Shown in pieces: positions 21,247 through 31,199 of a DNA stretch of 64,000 nt. The translations under genes and the position numbers were made by a program. The notes under the pieces were generated by a model, which made no database searches, had not been told where the DNA came from, and was given only the letters and a program-made list of their open reading frames with translations. Each line of letters begins with the position of its first letter. Position 1 is the first letter of the stretch. The stretch covers positions 10,757 through 74,756 of the forward strand of contig JBBRRY010000018.1 in the NCBI GenBank assembly GCA_038245905.1. Reading direction: 5' to 3'. The DNA is from Thermoanaerobaculia bacterium. GTDB lineage: Bacteria > Acidobacteriota > Thermoanaerobaculia > UBA5066.

Positions 21247-21939
21247 ATGAGGCTGCCGAACGCGATGCATTTTGCCGCGCCACCGGGCTGGCGGCGCATC
21301 CCGCCCGTGACGCGCGCGCTCCTCGTCCTCGTAGCGGCGGGCTATCTCCTGACGCTCGCGTGGCCCGCGGCGGCCGCTTGGCTCGCGCTCGCGCCGGGTG
21401 CCGTCCTCGCAGGACAGGTCTGGCGCGTCCTGACCTACGCTCTCGTGGGAACGTCGATCTCGGGGATCCTTTTCTCGCTCCTCCTCGTGTGGAGCCTCGG
21501 CAGCGAGGTCGAGCCGCGCTGGGGCTCGCGCCGGTTCGCCGTGTTCCTCGCGGGCGCCACAATCGTCGCGGGCGTCTGCGGCCTCTTCGTCGGAGGCGGC
21601 GTCGGACTTTCGCCGACGCTTCTCGCGCTGATCTTCGCGTGGATGCTCGAGGGACCTTCGCAGAGTCTCCTCTTCTTCGGAGTTTTCCCGATGACGAGGC
21701 TCGGCTTCTCGCTCCTCGCCTTCGTCCTCGTGGTCTTCTCCGAGCTCGAGAGCACCCGTTCCCTCCCGCGCCTCCTCTTCGTGCTCGGCGGCCTGCCGGT
21801 CGCGTGGCTTTTCGTCCGCGGCTTTCGCGGCGGCGGCGGTGGCCGAGGCGGCGGACCGCGCTTCCCGCGGGTCCGGAACCCGTTCCGGCGCCGCCGCTTC
21901 ACGGTCGTCGACACGGAGCGCGACTTTCGCGTCCATTGA
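21247..21939 (+). CDS. Rhomboid-like membrane protein, probably catalytically inactive
   Basis: QVWRVLTY, GSEVEPRWGS; FVLGG where HLGG is expected. Confidence 0.7.
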   Translation: MRLPNAMHFAAPPGWRRIPPVTRALLVLVAAGYLLTLAWPAAAAWLALAPGAVLAGQVWRVLTYALVGTSISGILFSLLLVWSLGSEVEPRWGSRRFAVFLAGATIVAGVCGLFVGGGVGLSPTLLALIFAWMLEGPSQSLLFFGVFPMTRLGFSLLAFVLVVFSELESTRSLPRLLFVLGGLPVAWLFVRGFRGGGGGRGGGPRFPRVRNPFRRRRFTVVDTERDFRVH

Positions 21940-21969
21940 ATTGAGTCCAAAGGGTTTATAATCAGGCGC

Positions 21970-22485
21970 ATGAGACCTTCCATCAGCGCTCTCGAGATCC
22001 GCAAGAGGCAGTTCCCGAAGCGTTTCCGCGGCTTCGACCCCGCCGAAGTGACGAACTTCCTCGATGCCTTTGCCGAGGACCTCGAAGAGATGTCCCGCGA
22101 GCTGGACGAGCTGGAGCGCGAGAACGCGCGGCTCCGGGAGGAGAACGCCCGTCACCGCGACACGGAGGCCACGCTCAAGGAGACGCTGCTTCTCGCCCAG
22201 CGCTCGGCCGACAGTCTCCGCGCGACGAGCGAGAAGGACGCTGGCCGCATCGTGCACGAGGCCGAGACGAAAGCCGAGCGCATGGTGCAGCAGGGCTTCG
22301 AGCGGATGGCCGATACGGAGAAGAAGATCCGCGAGCTCCGCATGGAGCGCCGGAACTTCCAGCTGAAGCTCCAGAGCACGATCGAGCTCTTCCAGCAGGT
22401 CCTCAACTTCGACAAGGAAGAAGACGAGATGGAGAGTTCCCTCTCGATTCACCGCCCGAAGAAGCGCGAGGGAGAGACGGCCTGA
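21970..22485 (+). CDS. divIVA: DivIVA domain protein
   Basis: FPKRFRGFDPAEVTNFL plus coiled coil. Confidence 0.88.
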   Translation: MRPSISALEIRKRQFPKRFRGFDPAEVTNFLDAFAEDLEEMSRELDELERENARLREENARHRDTEATLKETLLLAQRSADSLRATSEKDAGRIVHEAETKAERMVQQGFERMADTEKKIRELRMERRNFQLKLQSTIELFQQVLNFDKEEDEMESSLSIHRPKKREGETA

Positions 22486-23759
22486 AGCGGCTGTCCATCC
22501 GGCATCTCGCCGAGCTGGCGACGCCGGAGGGAACCTCGGCCCGTGCCGGCGCCGCCCAGGGCGTCCTCCGTCGGGTGAGGGACGCCGCGCTCCGCATGGA
22601 AGACGGTCTCATCGTCTTCGCGGGGTCCGATGCGGAGCTCGTCCGGCTCTATGGCGAGGAACCGGCGTCTCACGAGACCGTGCTCGACGGGCGGGGGAAG
22701 ACGGCCGTTCCCGGCTTCGTCGACGCGCACACTCACTTGCCCTGGGACGGCTTCCGCGAGGACGAGTTCAACCGCCGCCTCAAAGGCGAAACCTATGCCG
22801 GGATCGCGGCGGCGGGCGGAGGTATCGTCGCGACCGTAGCCGCGACTCGGGCCGCCTCGGAGGAGAAACTCGCGCTGAACGTTCGTGCGCGCCTCGACCG
22901 GATGCTCCTCCACGGGACGACGTATTGCGAGGCGAAGACGGGCTACGGCCTCGACCTCGCCAACGAGACGAAGCAGCTCAAGGCGCTTCTCGCAGGGGCG
23001 AGGGGGCACGCCGTCGGCGTCGCATCGACGGCGCTTCCCGCTCACGATTTTCCGCCCGAGCGGCGCGGGTCCCCGGCGCTCCGGGCGCGCTACGTCGACG
23101 AGTGCCGGCACGAGATCATCCCGGCCCTCGCGGCCATCGGCGCGCGCTTCGTGGACGTCTTCTGCGAGGAGGGCGTCTTCTCGCTCGAGGAGTCCGCCTC
23201 GATCCTCGAGGCGGGGAAGGCGCTCGGCCTCGTCCCGCGCGTGCATGCCGACGAGCTCACTCCGCTCGGCGGCGCGTCGCTCGCGGCGCGGATGGGAGCC
23301 GCCTCGGCCGACCACCTCCTCTACGCGACCGACGCCGGTATAGAGGACATGGCGAAGGCGGGCGTCGTCGCGACGCTCCTGCCGGGCACGTCGGTGTTCC
23401 TCCGGATGAACCGCTACGCGCCCGCGCGAAAAATGATTACCGCCGGTATCCCAGTCGCGCTCGGAACCGACTGCAACCCAGGTTCGTCGTACACGGAGTC
23501 GCTTCCGGCCGTCGCGTTCCTCGCCTCCGTCGGGATGGGCCTGACGGTGGAGGAGACGCTGACGGCCATGACTCTCAACGCGGCGGCTTCCCTCGGCGAG
23601 GGGGCGCGGCGTGGGACGCTTGAAGCCGGGAAGGCGGGCGACGCGGTCCTCCTCGACGGGCCGTCGCTCGAGCACCTCGTCTACCACTGGGGCGTGAATC
23701 TCGTGACCGACGTTGTCGCGGGCGGCTGCCATGTCGTTCAACACGGCCTGCTACGCTGA
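22482..23759 (+). CDS. hutI: Imidazolonepropionase; probable CTG start overlapping the divIVA stop
   Basis: PGFVDAHTH, GGGI, KTGYGL, DVFCE, HADEL, TDCNPG; HutI-like N-terminus IRHLAELATPEG upstream of the listed GTG. Confidence 0.92.
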   Translation: MKRLSIRHLAELATPEGTSARAGAAQGVLRRVRDAALRMEDGLIVFAGSDAELVRLYGEEPASHETVLDGRGKTAVPGFVDAHTHLPWDGFREDEFNRRLKGETYAGIAAAGGGIVATVAATRAASEEKLALNVRARLDRMLLHGTTYCEAKTGYGLDLANETKQLKALLAGARGHAVGVASTALPAHDFPPERRGSPALRARYVDECRHEIIPALAAIGARFVDVFCEEGVFSLEESASILEAGKALGLVPRVHADELTPLGGASLAARMGAASADHLLYATDAGIEDMAKAGVVATLLPGTSVFLRMNRYAPARKMITAGIPVALGTDCNPGSSYTESLPAVAFLASVGMGLTVEETLTAMTLNAAASLGEGARRGTLEAGKAGDAVLLDGPSLEHLVYHWGVNLVTDVVAGGCHVVQHGLLR

Positions 23760-23763
23760 GCGG

Positions 23764-24411
23764 ATGAACCGCCTCGCTTCTCTCTCCTCCCTTTCCGTCG
23801 CCGACTTCGCCGCAGCCCTCGCTTCCGACGCCGCCGTGCCAGGTGGAGGGTCGGCCGCGGCCGCCGGCGGCGCGAACGCCGCCGGCCTCCTCGCGATGGT
23901 TGTCCGGCTCACCCTCGGCAAGGAGAAGTACAAGGCTGCTTGGGAGGAGCTGACGCCGCTCGCGAATCGGCTCGACGACGCCCGCGTCAAGCTCCTTGGC
24001 CTCGTCGACGAGGACGCGAAGGCCTTCGACGCCGTCATGGCCGCGCGGCGCCTCCCGAAGGAAACCGACGCCGAGAAGACCGCGCGTCAGACGACGATCG
24101 ACGAGGCGAACGTTCTCGCCACGGCGGTCCCGATGCAGACGGCCTTCTTCGCGCACGAGGCGTTGAAGACCGCTCCCCTCGTCCTCGAGAAGGGAAACCC
24201 GAACGCGGCTTCCGACGCATGGGCGGGCGCCCTCGCCTCGTGGTCCGCCGTCCTCGCCGCGCTCGCAAACGTGAGGATCAACCTGCCCGGCGTCTCCGAC
24301 CCGGAGCTTCAACGGGGCTTTCGCGAGGACGCCCACGCGATGGAAAGAACCGCGGGCGAGGCGTTCGAGAAGACGCGCGCGCTGGCCCGTACCCGCGGTC
24401 TCGCCGCGTGA
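23764..24411 (+). CDS. Formiminotetrahydrofolate cyclodeaminase/cyclohydrolase
   Basis: PGGGSAAA, DEDAKAF, KGNPNAASDA, NVRINL. Confidence 0.88.
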   Translation: MNRLASLSSLSVADFAAALASDAAVPGGGSAAAAGGANAAGLLAMVVRLTLGKEKYKAAWEELTPLANRLDDARVKLLGLVDEDAKAFDAVMAARRLPKETDAEKTARQTTIDEANVLATAVPMQTAFFAHEALKTAPLVLEKGNPNAASDAWAGALASWSAVLAALANVRINLPGVSDPELQRGFREDAHAMERTAGEAFEKTRALARTRGLAA

Positions 24412-25469
24412 GGTCCCGGGCCCGCCGCGCCGCGGGCGCGGCCCTCCTCCTCGCGGCGCTCGGTCGGCCTGTGTCCGCCGCCGTTCTCGGTTTCGACCGT
24501 CCGGCCGACGCGTTCGAGCCGTCGCCGGGTTTCCACCTAGGCGCGCCCGCGCCGGAGGACGCTCCCGCCGGCGCGCATGCGGGTCCCGATGCTGTGGCGA
24601 AGCCCGCGGTGCCGCCGAAGCGACCGCGTTTCTGGGACGCCAAGACGACGGCGATCACCGCCGGCGTCATCATCGGCGCTCCCGTCCTCGGCTACTTCAC
24701 GTGGTGGCGGGTGGACAGCCGCCCGACGTTCGAGTTCGCGAACGAACGCTGGTTTCAGAGTGATACGTACGCAGGCGGCGCCGACAAGGCGTCGCACATC
24801 TTCCTCGGCTACTTCGGGACGCAGGTCCTTCAGAACGCGTACCGCGCCATTGGCAAGAAGCCCGCCGAGGCCCGCGCGCTCGCCCTCGGCGTCGTCGCGC
24901 TGACGGGCGCGCTGATCGAGATCGGCGACGGCTATTCGAAGTACGGCTTTTCCTGGGAAGACATCACGGCGAACACGATCGGCTCTCTCGTCGCGACAGG
25001 GATCGACGCCTGGGGCCTCAAGGACACCGTCGGACTGCGCTTCGGTTACGTGAAGACCCTCAAGCCGGATGAATGCTGCCGGTTCGGAGGCTACGGGGAC
25101 GACTATTCGAAGGAGATCTACTCGGCGGACCTCAAGCTCGCCGGATTCCTCCCGCGTCTCGCGATCAAGCCGGGAGCCGCGCGGTTCTTTCTCCTGTCGG
25201 TCACGTACGGCTCGAAGGGGTACCGGTACTCGGCGGAGCCGGTGCGCGAGCGCAACGTAGGGCTCGAGATCGGCCTCAACCTAAAGGAGGTCTTCGTCGC
25301 GGTCGGGGTTCCCGAGAAGCCGTTGTGGGGGAGGGTCCTCCTCGGCATCGCGACGTATTTCCGGTTTCCGTACACGTCGTTCGGCTGGCACTACGACCTG
25401 AACCACGGCACGTGGAGCGGCCCGGACACCGGGGACCGCTTCGACCCCGGCTCGATCATTTACGACTGA
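24408..25469 (+). CDS. DUF2279/YfiM family exported protein
   Basis: GGADKASH, EIGDG..GFSWEDITAN; signal peptide; GTGA overlap with the upstream stop. Confidence 0.75.
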   Translation: MRSRARRAAGAALLLAALGRPVSAAVLGFDRPADAFEPSPGFHLGAPAPEDAPAGAHAGPDAVAKPAVPPKRPRFWDAKTTAITAGVIIGAPVLGYFTWWRVDSRPTFEFANERWFQSDTYAGGADKASHIFLGYFGTQVLQNAYRAIGKKPAEARALALGVVALTGALIEIGDGYSKYGFSWEDITANTIGSLVATGIDAWGLKDTVGLRFGYVKTLKPDECCRFGGYGDDYSKEIYSADLKLAGFLPRLAIKPGAARFFLLSVTYGSKGYRYSAEPVRERNVGLEIGLNLKEVFVAVGVPEKPLWGRVLLGIATYFRFPYTSFGWHYDLNHGTWSGPDTGDRFDPGSIIYD

Positions 25470-25526
25470 CCCCTCGCACCGGGGCTGGCCCATGAGTCCC
25501 GACGCCGCCGGATAGACTCGCGAACG

Positions 25527-28307
25527 ATGGCAGATCCGCCGGCGAATCCGCTCCCCACCATTCCGACCCTCGCCCTCATCGACGCGTCGAACTATCTCTA
25601 TCGCGCGTTCTACGCGATCCGCGGGCTCACGGGTCCCGGGGGCCGGCCCACGAATGCCGTCTACGGCTTCCTGAACATGTGGCGAAAGTACGTCGTGGAT
25701 CGGAAGCCCGTGGCCGTCGCGGTGTGCTTCGACCGGTACGAGAAGACGTTTCGTGAAGAGCTGGACCCGAGCTACAAGGCCCAGCGGCAGGCGATGCCGG
25801 ACGACCTCGTACCGCAGATCGAGGATGCCAAGAGGGTCTGCCGGCTTCTCGGCCTGGCCGTCGTCGAGGAAGCGGGCTACGAGGCGGACGACCTCATCGG
25901 CTCGATCGCCGTGGTGGCGAAGGAAGCGGTCTTCCGCGCCGAGATCTGCTCGGCCGACAAGGACCTCTTCCAGCTCGTGAATGACCCGGACGTCGCCGTC
26001 TGGCATCCCGTGAAAGAGATGCTGCTCGACGAGGCAGGCGTTCTCGAGTTCTTCGGTGTCAAGCCGTCGCAGGTGATCGACGTCCTCGCGCTCATGGGCG
26101 ACTCGTCCGACAACATCCCGGGAGTCCGGGGAGTCGGCGAGAAGACGGCGAAGGAGCTCATCGCGACGTTCGGATCTCTCGACGAGATCTACGCGCGCCT
26201 CGCCGAGGTCAAGGGAAAGAGGAAAGAGCTTCTCGCCGCCGGACGCGAGGAGGCCTACCGCTCGCAGACGCTCGCGACGGTGCGCTGCGACCGGCCGCTG
26301 CCGGCGGCCCCGGAGGATCTGCTCGAGCATTTCCGCATCCGTCCCCTCACGGATGAAGCCGTCGCCCCTCTCGCGGCGTTCTATGAGGAGCTCGGCTTCG
26401 CGAAGCTCCGCAAGGAGCTTCTCGAGACGCGCCATGGCGAGCCTGAGACTGCGGCTCCGGCCGCGTCTCGGGCTTCTCTGGCCTCGCCCACGCTTTCTCT
26501 CTTCGACGAGGAGGCCGTCGTTGCGGGAGTGGCGGACCCGGCGCGCTGGGAAAAGGCGTCGTCGGGCTTCCTCGGGCTCGTCGCGTCCGCGCGGAAGGCG
26601 GGCCGCGCGGCCGTCCACGTGGAGTCCGGTCCCGGGGCTCCCTGGCCCGCACCGCCGCTCGCGGCGATCGTGGCCGTGCCGGGCGGCGAGACGGTGGCCT
26701 TTGCTCTCGACGAAGCCGGAACGCTCGCGCTCGCGGCTCTCTTCAGGGACGTGCCCCTCGTCGCGCACGACGCCAAGCGGCTCTTTCTGGCGGCCGATGC
26801 GCTCGGGATTGCGCCTCCCTCGCGCGTAGAGGACTCCATGCTCGCGAGCTACGTCGTCTCGCCGGGCCTCCACGCGCACGATCTCGCGGGCGACGCGCGG
26901 GGCATTCTGAACCTCCCTCCGGAGGCGGTGCCGCCCCTGAAGGATCTCGCCGGCGGAGCGCCCGTCACGCTCGACCTCCTTGCGTCGGAAGCCGGGCGGA
27001 AGTGGCTCTCGCCGCGGGCCCGCCTCCCCCTCGCGCTCCTCGACACGCTCGCGCCGCGTCTCGCGGAGGGCTCGGCCTTGAGGCGCGTCCTCGATGACAT
27101 CGAGCTGCCGCTGATTCCCGTCCTCGCGCGCATGGAGATCGCGGGCGTCGCCGTCGACCGCGGTGTGCTCGCGGAGATGTCGAAAGAGTTCGACGGGCGG
27201 CTGGCCGCGCTCGAAGCGAAGATCATCGAGGCGGCGGGAGAGCCCTTCAACATCGGCTCGCCTATGCAGCTCGGGCGGATCCTCTTCGAAAAGCTCGCGT
27301 ACCCCGCGGTCAAGAAGACGGCCAAGACGAAGTCCTGGGCGACGGACTCCGACGTGCTCGAGGAGCTGGCCGCGCTCGCGACGGGCCCCGTGCCGGGGCT
27401 CGTCCTCGAGTGGCGCGAGATCTCGAAGCTGAAGGGCACGTACGTGGACGCGCTTCCCCTCGCGATCGCCGCCGACGGGCGCATCCACACGCGGTACGAC
27501 CAGGCGGTCGCGGCGACGGGACGCCTCTCCTCGAACGCGCCGAACCTCCAGAACATCCCGGTTCGCACGGAGGCCGGCCGCGCGATCCGCCGGGCCTTCG
27601 TCGCGCCGCCCGGCCGCGTCCTCGTGGCCGCGGACTACTCCCAGATCGAGCTCCGCCTCCTCGCGCACCTGTCGGGGGACGAGGCGCTCCAGGAGACGTT
27701 CCGGCGCGGGGAAGACATCCACCGGGCCACCGCCGCGAAGATCTTCGGCATCTCGCCCGAGGCCGTCACACCGGACCAACGCCGCGGCGCGAAGACGATC
27801 AATTTCGGCGTCCTCTACGGTATGGGTCCGTTCGCGCTCGCGACGCAGCTCGGCGTACCGCGCGCGGAGGCCAAGGAGTTCATCGCCGCCTATTTCGAGA
27901 GGTTCCCGAGAATCCGCGCGTGTCTCGACTCCATCCTCGAGAAGGCGCGCGCGACGGGCGGAACCGAGACGATCTTCGGGCGCGTGCGGCCCATCCCCGG
28001 CCTCCACGACCGGAACCACAACGTGCGCGCGAACGCCGAGAGGATGGCGATGAACGCCCCGTTCCAGGGCGCCGCCGCGGATCTCATCAAGATCGCGATG
28101 CTCCGCCTCGACGCGGCGCTCTCTTGCGAGATCCCTCAGGTGAGGCTCCTCCTGCAGGTGCACGACGAGCTCGTTCTCGAGTGTCCGGAGGCTCTCGCGG
28201 GAAAGACCGCGGCACTCGCGAAGGTGACGATGGAAGGCGCGGCGACGCTCTCCGTGCCTCTCACCGTCGACGTGGGCCAGGGCCGAAACTGGGCTCAGGC
28301 GAAGTGA
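25527..28307 (+). CDS. polA: DNA polymerase I
   Basis: 5'-nuclease (EADD, GDSSDNIPGV) and polymerase motifs (TGRLSS, DYSQIELR, QVHDEL). Confidence 0.97.
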   Translation: MADPPANPLPTIPTLALIDASNYLYRAFYAIRGLTGPGGRPTNAVYGFLNMWRKYVVDRKPVAVAVCFDRYEKTFREELDPSYKAQRQAMPDDLVPQIEDAKRVCRLLGLAVVEEAGYEADDLIGSIAVVAKEAVFRAEICSADKDLFQLVNDPDVAVWHPVKEMLLDEAGVLEFFGVKPSQVIDVLALMGDSSDNIPGVRGVGEKTAKELIATFGSLDEIYARLAEVKGKRKELLAAGREEAYRSQTLATVRCDRPLPAAPEDLLEHFRIRPLTDEAVAPLAAFYEELGFAKLRKELLETRHGEPETAAPAASRASLASPTLSLFDEEAVVAGVADPARWEKASSGFLGLVASARKAGRAAVHVESGPGAPWPAPPLAAIVAVPGGETVAFALDEAGTLALAALFRDVPLVAHDAKRLFLAADALGIAPPSRVEDSMLASYVVSPGLHAHDLAGDARGILNLPPEAVPPLKDLAGGAPVTLDLLASEAGRKWLSPRARLPLALLDTLAPRLAEGSALRRVLDDIELPLIPVLARMEIAGVAVDRGVLAEMSKEFDGRLAALEAKIIEAAGEPFNIGSPMQLGRILFEKLAYPAVKKTAKTKSWATDSDVLEELAALATGPVPGLVLEWREISKLKGTYVDALPLAIAADGRIHTRYDQAVAATGRLSSNAPNLQNIPVRTEAGRAIRRAFVAPPGRVLVAADYSQIELRLLAHLSGDEALQETFRRGEDIHRATAAKIFGISPEAVTPDQRRGAKTINFGVLYGMGPFALATQLGVPRAEAKEFIAAYFERFPRIRACLDSILEKARATGGTETIFGRVRPIPGLHDRNHNVRANAERMAMNAPFQGAAADLIKIAMLRLDAALSCEIPQVRLLLQVHDELVLECPEALAGKTAALAKVTMEGAATLSVPLTVDVGQGRNWAQAK

Positions 28308-28357
28308 AGGAGCTCGGGAGAGCGAATTCCCGGCGCCATCCCGCTAGAATCAACCGG

Positions 28358-29263
28358 ATGCGTGCAGGCCTTTTCTTCGGCGTGGGGGCGATCGCCTTCG
28401 CGGGCCTGGCCGGATTCGCGGGAAGCGGGGGACGCGCGGAGGCCCAGACGCCGGCCTCCCGGCCCGTCGAGGCGCTGCCCGACGTGGCGCGCCTGACTCC
28501 CGCCGAAATCGCGTATGTCCATCCGCTCTATCGGGTGCTCGACGACGCGCCGAAGCTTGCGGAACGCACGAACCCGCTCGATCTCGATACGCGGCAACCT
28601 CTCCTCTTCACGGTGCACCTTCTCGAAACCGGAAGGGTCGCCGAGGCCTTTCCCGTCGAGCCGCCGCTCAAGGCGTTCACGACGCCCCTTCCCGCGCTCT
28701 TGCCCCGCTGGCGGTTCACGCCTGCGAAGAAGGGCGGTCAGCCGGTCCAGACGTGGATGACGTACGGCATCGAGCTCGCGGTTTCGCTCGAGAAGGCCGT
28801 CTTCACGGCCTTCACCCTCGAGCCGATCCGGAAGGACGATCCGCTCGTCGCCACGGTTCCGGACACGACCGGCGACGCGTGGATGTCTCGCTATCCGCAC
28901 GACGTCGACCCGAAGGATTCGTCGGCAATCTCGATCGAGGACGTCGACGTGCTTCCGTCTCCCGAGAAGACCCCGTGGAGCCTCGACGCATCGCGCGCCC
29001 GCGCCCGTGTGACCGCGCTCGTCGAAGTCTCCGAGCAGGGCACGGTCAGCCGTTTTCTTCCGACCGGCGAAACGGAACCGCTCCTGGGCGCCTGGGTGAA
29101 GGCATTCGCGGCGAAGTGGCGCGTCACGCCGGCCACGGCGGGCGGGCGGCCGGTCTCATGCTGGATGGCGCTCGACGCCACGCTCGACTACACGCTCGAT
29201 TCGGCGAAGAAAAAGAGCGAGCGCGTCGTCAAGAAGAACCTGCGCGGGGTGGGGTCGAAGTAA
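28358..29263 (+). CDS. Exported protein with two TonB-C-like repeats
   Basis: Signal peptide; WRFTPAKKGGQPV and WRVTPATAGGRPV. Confidence 0.6.
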   Translation: MRAGLFFGVGAIAFAGLAGFAGSGGRAEAQTPASRPVEALPDVARLTPAEIAYVHPLYRVLDDAPKLAERTNPLDLDTRQPLLFTVHLLETGRVAEAFPVEPPLKAFTTPLPALLPRWRFTPAKKGGQPVQTWMTYGIELAVSLEKAVFTAFTLEPIRKDDPLVATVPDTTGDAWMSRYPHDVDPKDSSAISIEDVDVLPSPEKTPWSLDASRARARVTALVEVSEQGTVSRFLPTGETEPLLGAWVKAFAAKWRVTPATAGGRPVSCWMALDATLDYTLDSAKKKSERVVKKNLRGVGSK

Positions 29264-31198
29264 CTACTCGACTTTCCGGACGTCGCCCATTCGCCGGGTC
29301 TTTTTCTTCGCGTCGAAATACTCGAGGAGAGGAATGAGCGTCTTCCTGGTGAGGCCGAGGAGATCCCGGAAGCCCGCGACGCTCAGCGTCTGTCCCCGCA
29401 CGGTTTCGAGCTTCTTCTCGGCGGCGAGAGCGACGTCCTTGTGAACGACGAGGTCGGGCGACAGCCTGACGAGCGTGCCGGACTTCACGAGATGCGATAC
29501 GAGGCCTTCGACGACGGCCGGCTTCGTCCCGAGGACGAGTGCGAGCTCGTGAGGGTGCGGCGGCTCGAACCCCGCCGCGCGAAACCCCTCGGCGATCTTC
29601 GCCGCGAAAGAGGCGGAGTCGCCGGCGAGATCCGCGGCCTTCGAGCCTGCCGGGACGATGCGGTCGCCGTCGAGCGCGATCTTCTTTCCGGCGAGAAGGA
29701 CGCCGATCCATCCGTCGACCGCGGCGTGGGAGAGGGCCTTTCCGAGCCGCTCGCCAAACTCGCTCTTCGCGAACGAGACGGAAACGTTGCCGCTCTTCCG
29801 GCGTTCGGCGAACGCGGCTGCGGCGCGCTCGGCGAGGGAGGACGCGGCCCCCGCGTGCGCGTAGAGAGCGGGCGCGATCCTGAGGGCTCTGCCGGAGGAT
29901 GAGAGCTCGTCGAGGAGTGCGGCAGCCGCCGGAGCCGGCACCCCGAGGCGAGGCCCGAGGCGGGCCGAGGTGAGGCCCGCCGGGCCGGCTTCGAGCAGGA
30001 AGAGGTCCGCGAGATCCCGGGCGTCGCCGCCTTTGAGCACGGAGAGAGCGTGCGACAGGTGGGTCGCCTCACCGCCGCTCCGGCGCCGGACGCGCGGGCG
30101 ACCGGCGTCAAGGACGCGCCCCCCTCCGACCGTCTCGACGGGCGAAGGCCTCCTGAGGACGAATCGGTCGCCGGGGCGCGCGGGCAGAGGCGAGTCCAGC
30201 GTGATCTGAAGGAAGCCGCTCGAGCCGGGCGCGAACGTGCGCTCGCCGGGAGCGCCGGGTTCCGGACGCGCTCCCAGCATGTGCACGCGCCCCGCGACGT
30301 CCGCGGTCCCGAGGTGAACGCGCAGGCGCGCACCGTCGTCGATGGGGCTCTTCACCGAAGGCAGCCACGTGACCTCGACCGTCAGCACGGAGGACGCTTC
30401 GAGTCCGCCGCGCGCCGCGAGCGCCTGCCCCCGGCGGAGGGCGAGACGTTCGACGCCGGCGAGGTTCAGGCTCGTTCGTTCCCCGGCCCACGCCTCCTTG
30501 CGCTCCTCGCCGTGCACTTCGATGCGCCGGACGCGCACGTCCTTCTCTTCGGGAAAGAGCGTGAGCGTGTCTTCCACGGCGATGCGGCCGCCGTCGAGCG
30601 TTCCCGTGACGACGGGCCCGAAGCCCTTCATCGTGAACGCGCGGTCGAGAAACAGGCGCGGCACGCGCTTCGTGCGGTCCTCGCGCACGACGCCCCGGGC
30701 CGCCCGCGTGAGGGCCGCCCTCAGCGCGTCGAGACCGGCGCCCGTGACGGCCGAAACGGCGACGAGCGGAGCGTTCGCGAGGAACGAGCCCTTGACGAGG
30801 GCGCGGATCTCGTCTTCCACGAGGGCGCCGGTCTCGGCGTCCGCGAGGTCGCTCTTCGTGCGCGCGATCACGCCCGAGGAGACCGCGAGGAGCTTCAGGA
30901 TGTCGAGATGCTCGCGCGTCTGCGGCATGACGGAATCGTCCGACGCGACGGCGAAGAGCACGAGGTCCACGCCCTGCGCCCCGGCGACCATCGTCTTCAC
31001 GAACTTCTCGTGGCCAGGCACGTCGACGAACGAGAACATCGTGTCGTCCCACGCCGCGTGGGCGAAGCCGAGGTCGATCGTGATGCCGCGCGCCTTCTCC
31101 TCCGGCAGGCGGTCGGGGTCGGTCCCCGTGAGCGCCTTGACGAGCGCGCTCTTGCCGTGGTCGATGTGTCCGGCGGTGCCGACGAGAACGCGGCGCAT
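29264..31198 (-). CDS. selB: Selenocysteine-specific elongation factor
   Basis: GTAGHIDHGKS, RGITIDLGFA, DVPGHE; C-terminal winged helix FRDLLGLTRK..LLEYFD. Confidence 0.95.
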   Translation of the reverse strand: MRRVLVGTAGHIDHGKSALVKALTGTDPDRLPEEKARGITIDLGFAHAAWDDTMFSFVDVPGHEKFVKTMVAGAQGVDLVLFAVASDDSVMPQTREHLDILKLLAVSSGVIARTKSDLADAETGALVEDEIRALVKGSFLANAPLVAVSAVTGAGLDALRAALTRAARGVVREDRTKRVPRLFLDRAFTMKGFGPVVTGTLDGGRIAVEDTLTLFPEEKDVRVRRIEVHGEERKEAWAGERTSLNLAGVERLALRRGQALAARGGLEASSVLTVEVTWLPSVKSPIDDGARLRVHLGTADVAGRVHMLGARPEPGAPGERTFAPGSSGFLQITLDSPLPARPGDRFVLRRPSPVETVGGGRVLDAGRPRVRRRSGGEATHLSHALSVLKGGDARDLADLFLLEAGPAGLTSARLGPRLGVPAPAAAALLDELSSSGRALRIAPALYAHAGAASSLAERAAAAFAERRKSGNVSVSFAKSEFGERLGKALSHAAVDGWIGVLLAGKKIALDGDRIVPAGSKAADLAGDSASFAAKIAEGFRAAGFEPPHPHELALVLGTKPAVVEGLVSHLVKSGTLVRLSPDLVVHKDVALAAEKKLETVRGQTLSVAGFRDLLGLTRKTLIPLLEYFDAKKKTRRMGDVRKVE

Positions 31199-31199
31199 G

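Noticed and set aside
22482-24411. Partial histidine utilisation cluster (hutI plus cyclodeaminase only)
   Set aside because: hut genes are often dispersed; cannot be judged from one window
26600-27120. PolA 3'-5' exonuclease domain lacks clear catalytic acidic motifs
   Set aside because: Common in many bacterial Pol I enzymes (Taq- and Bacillus-like)
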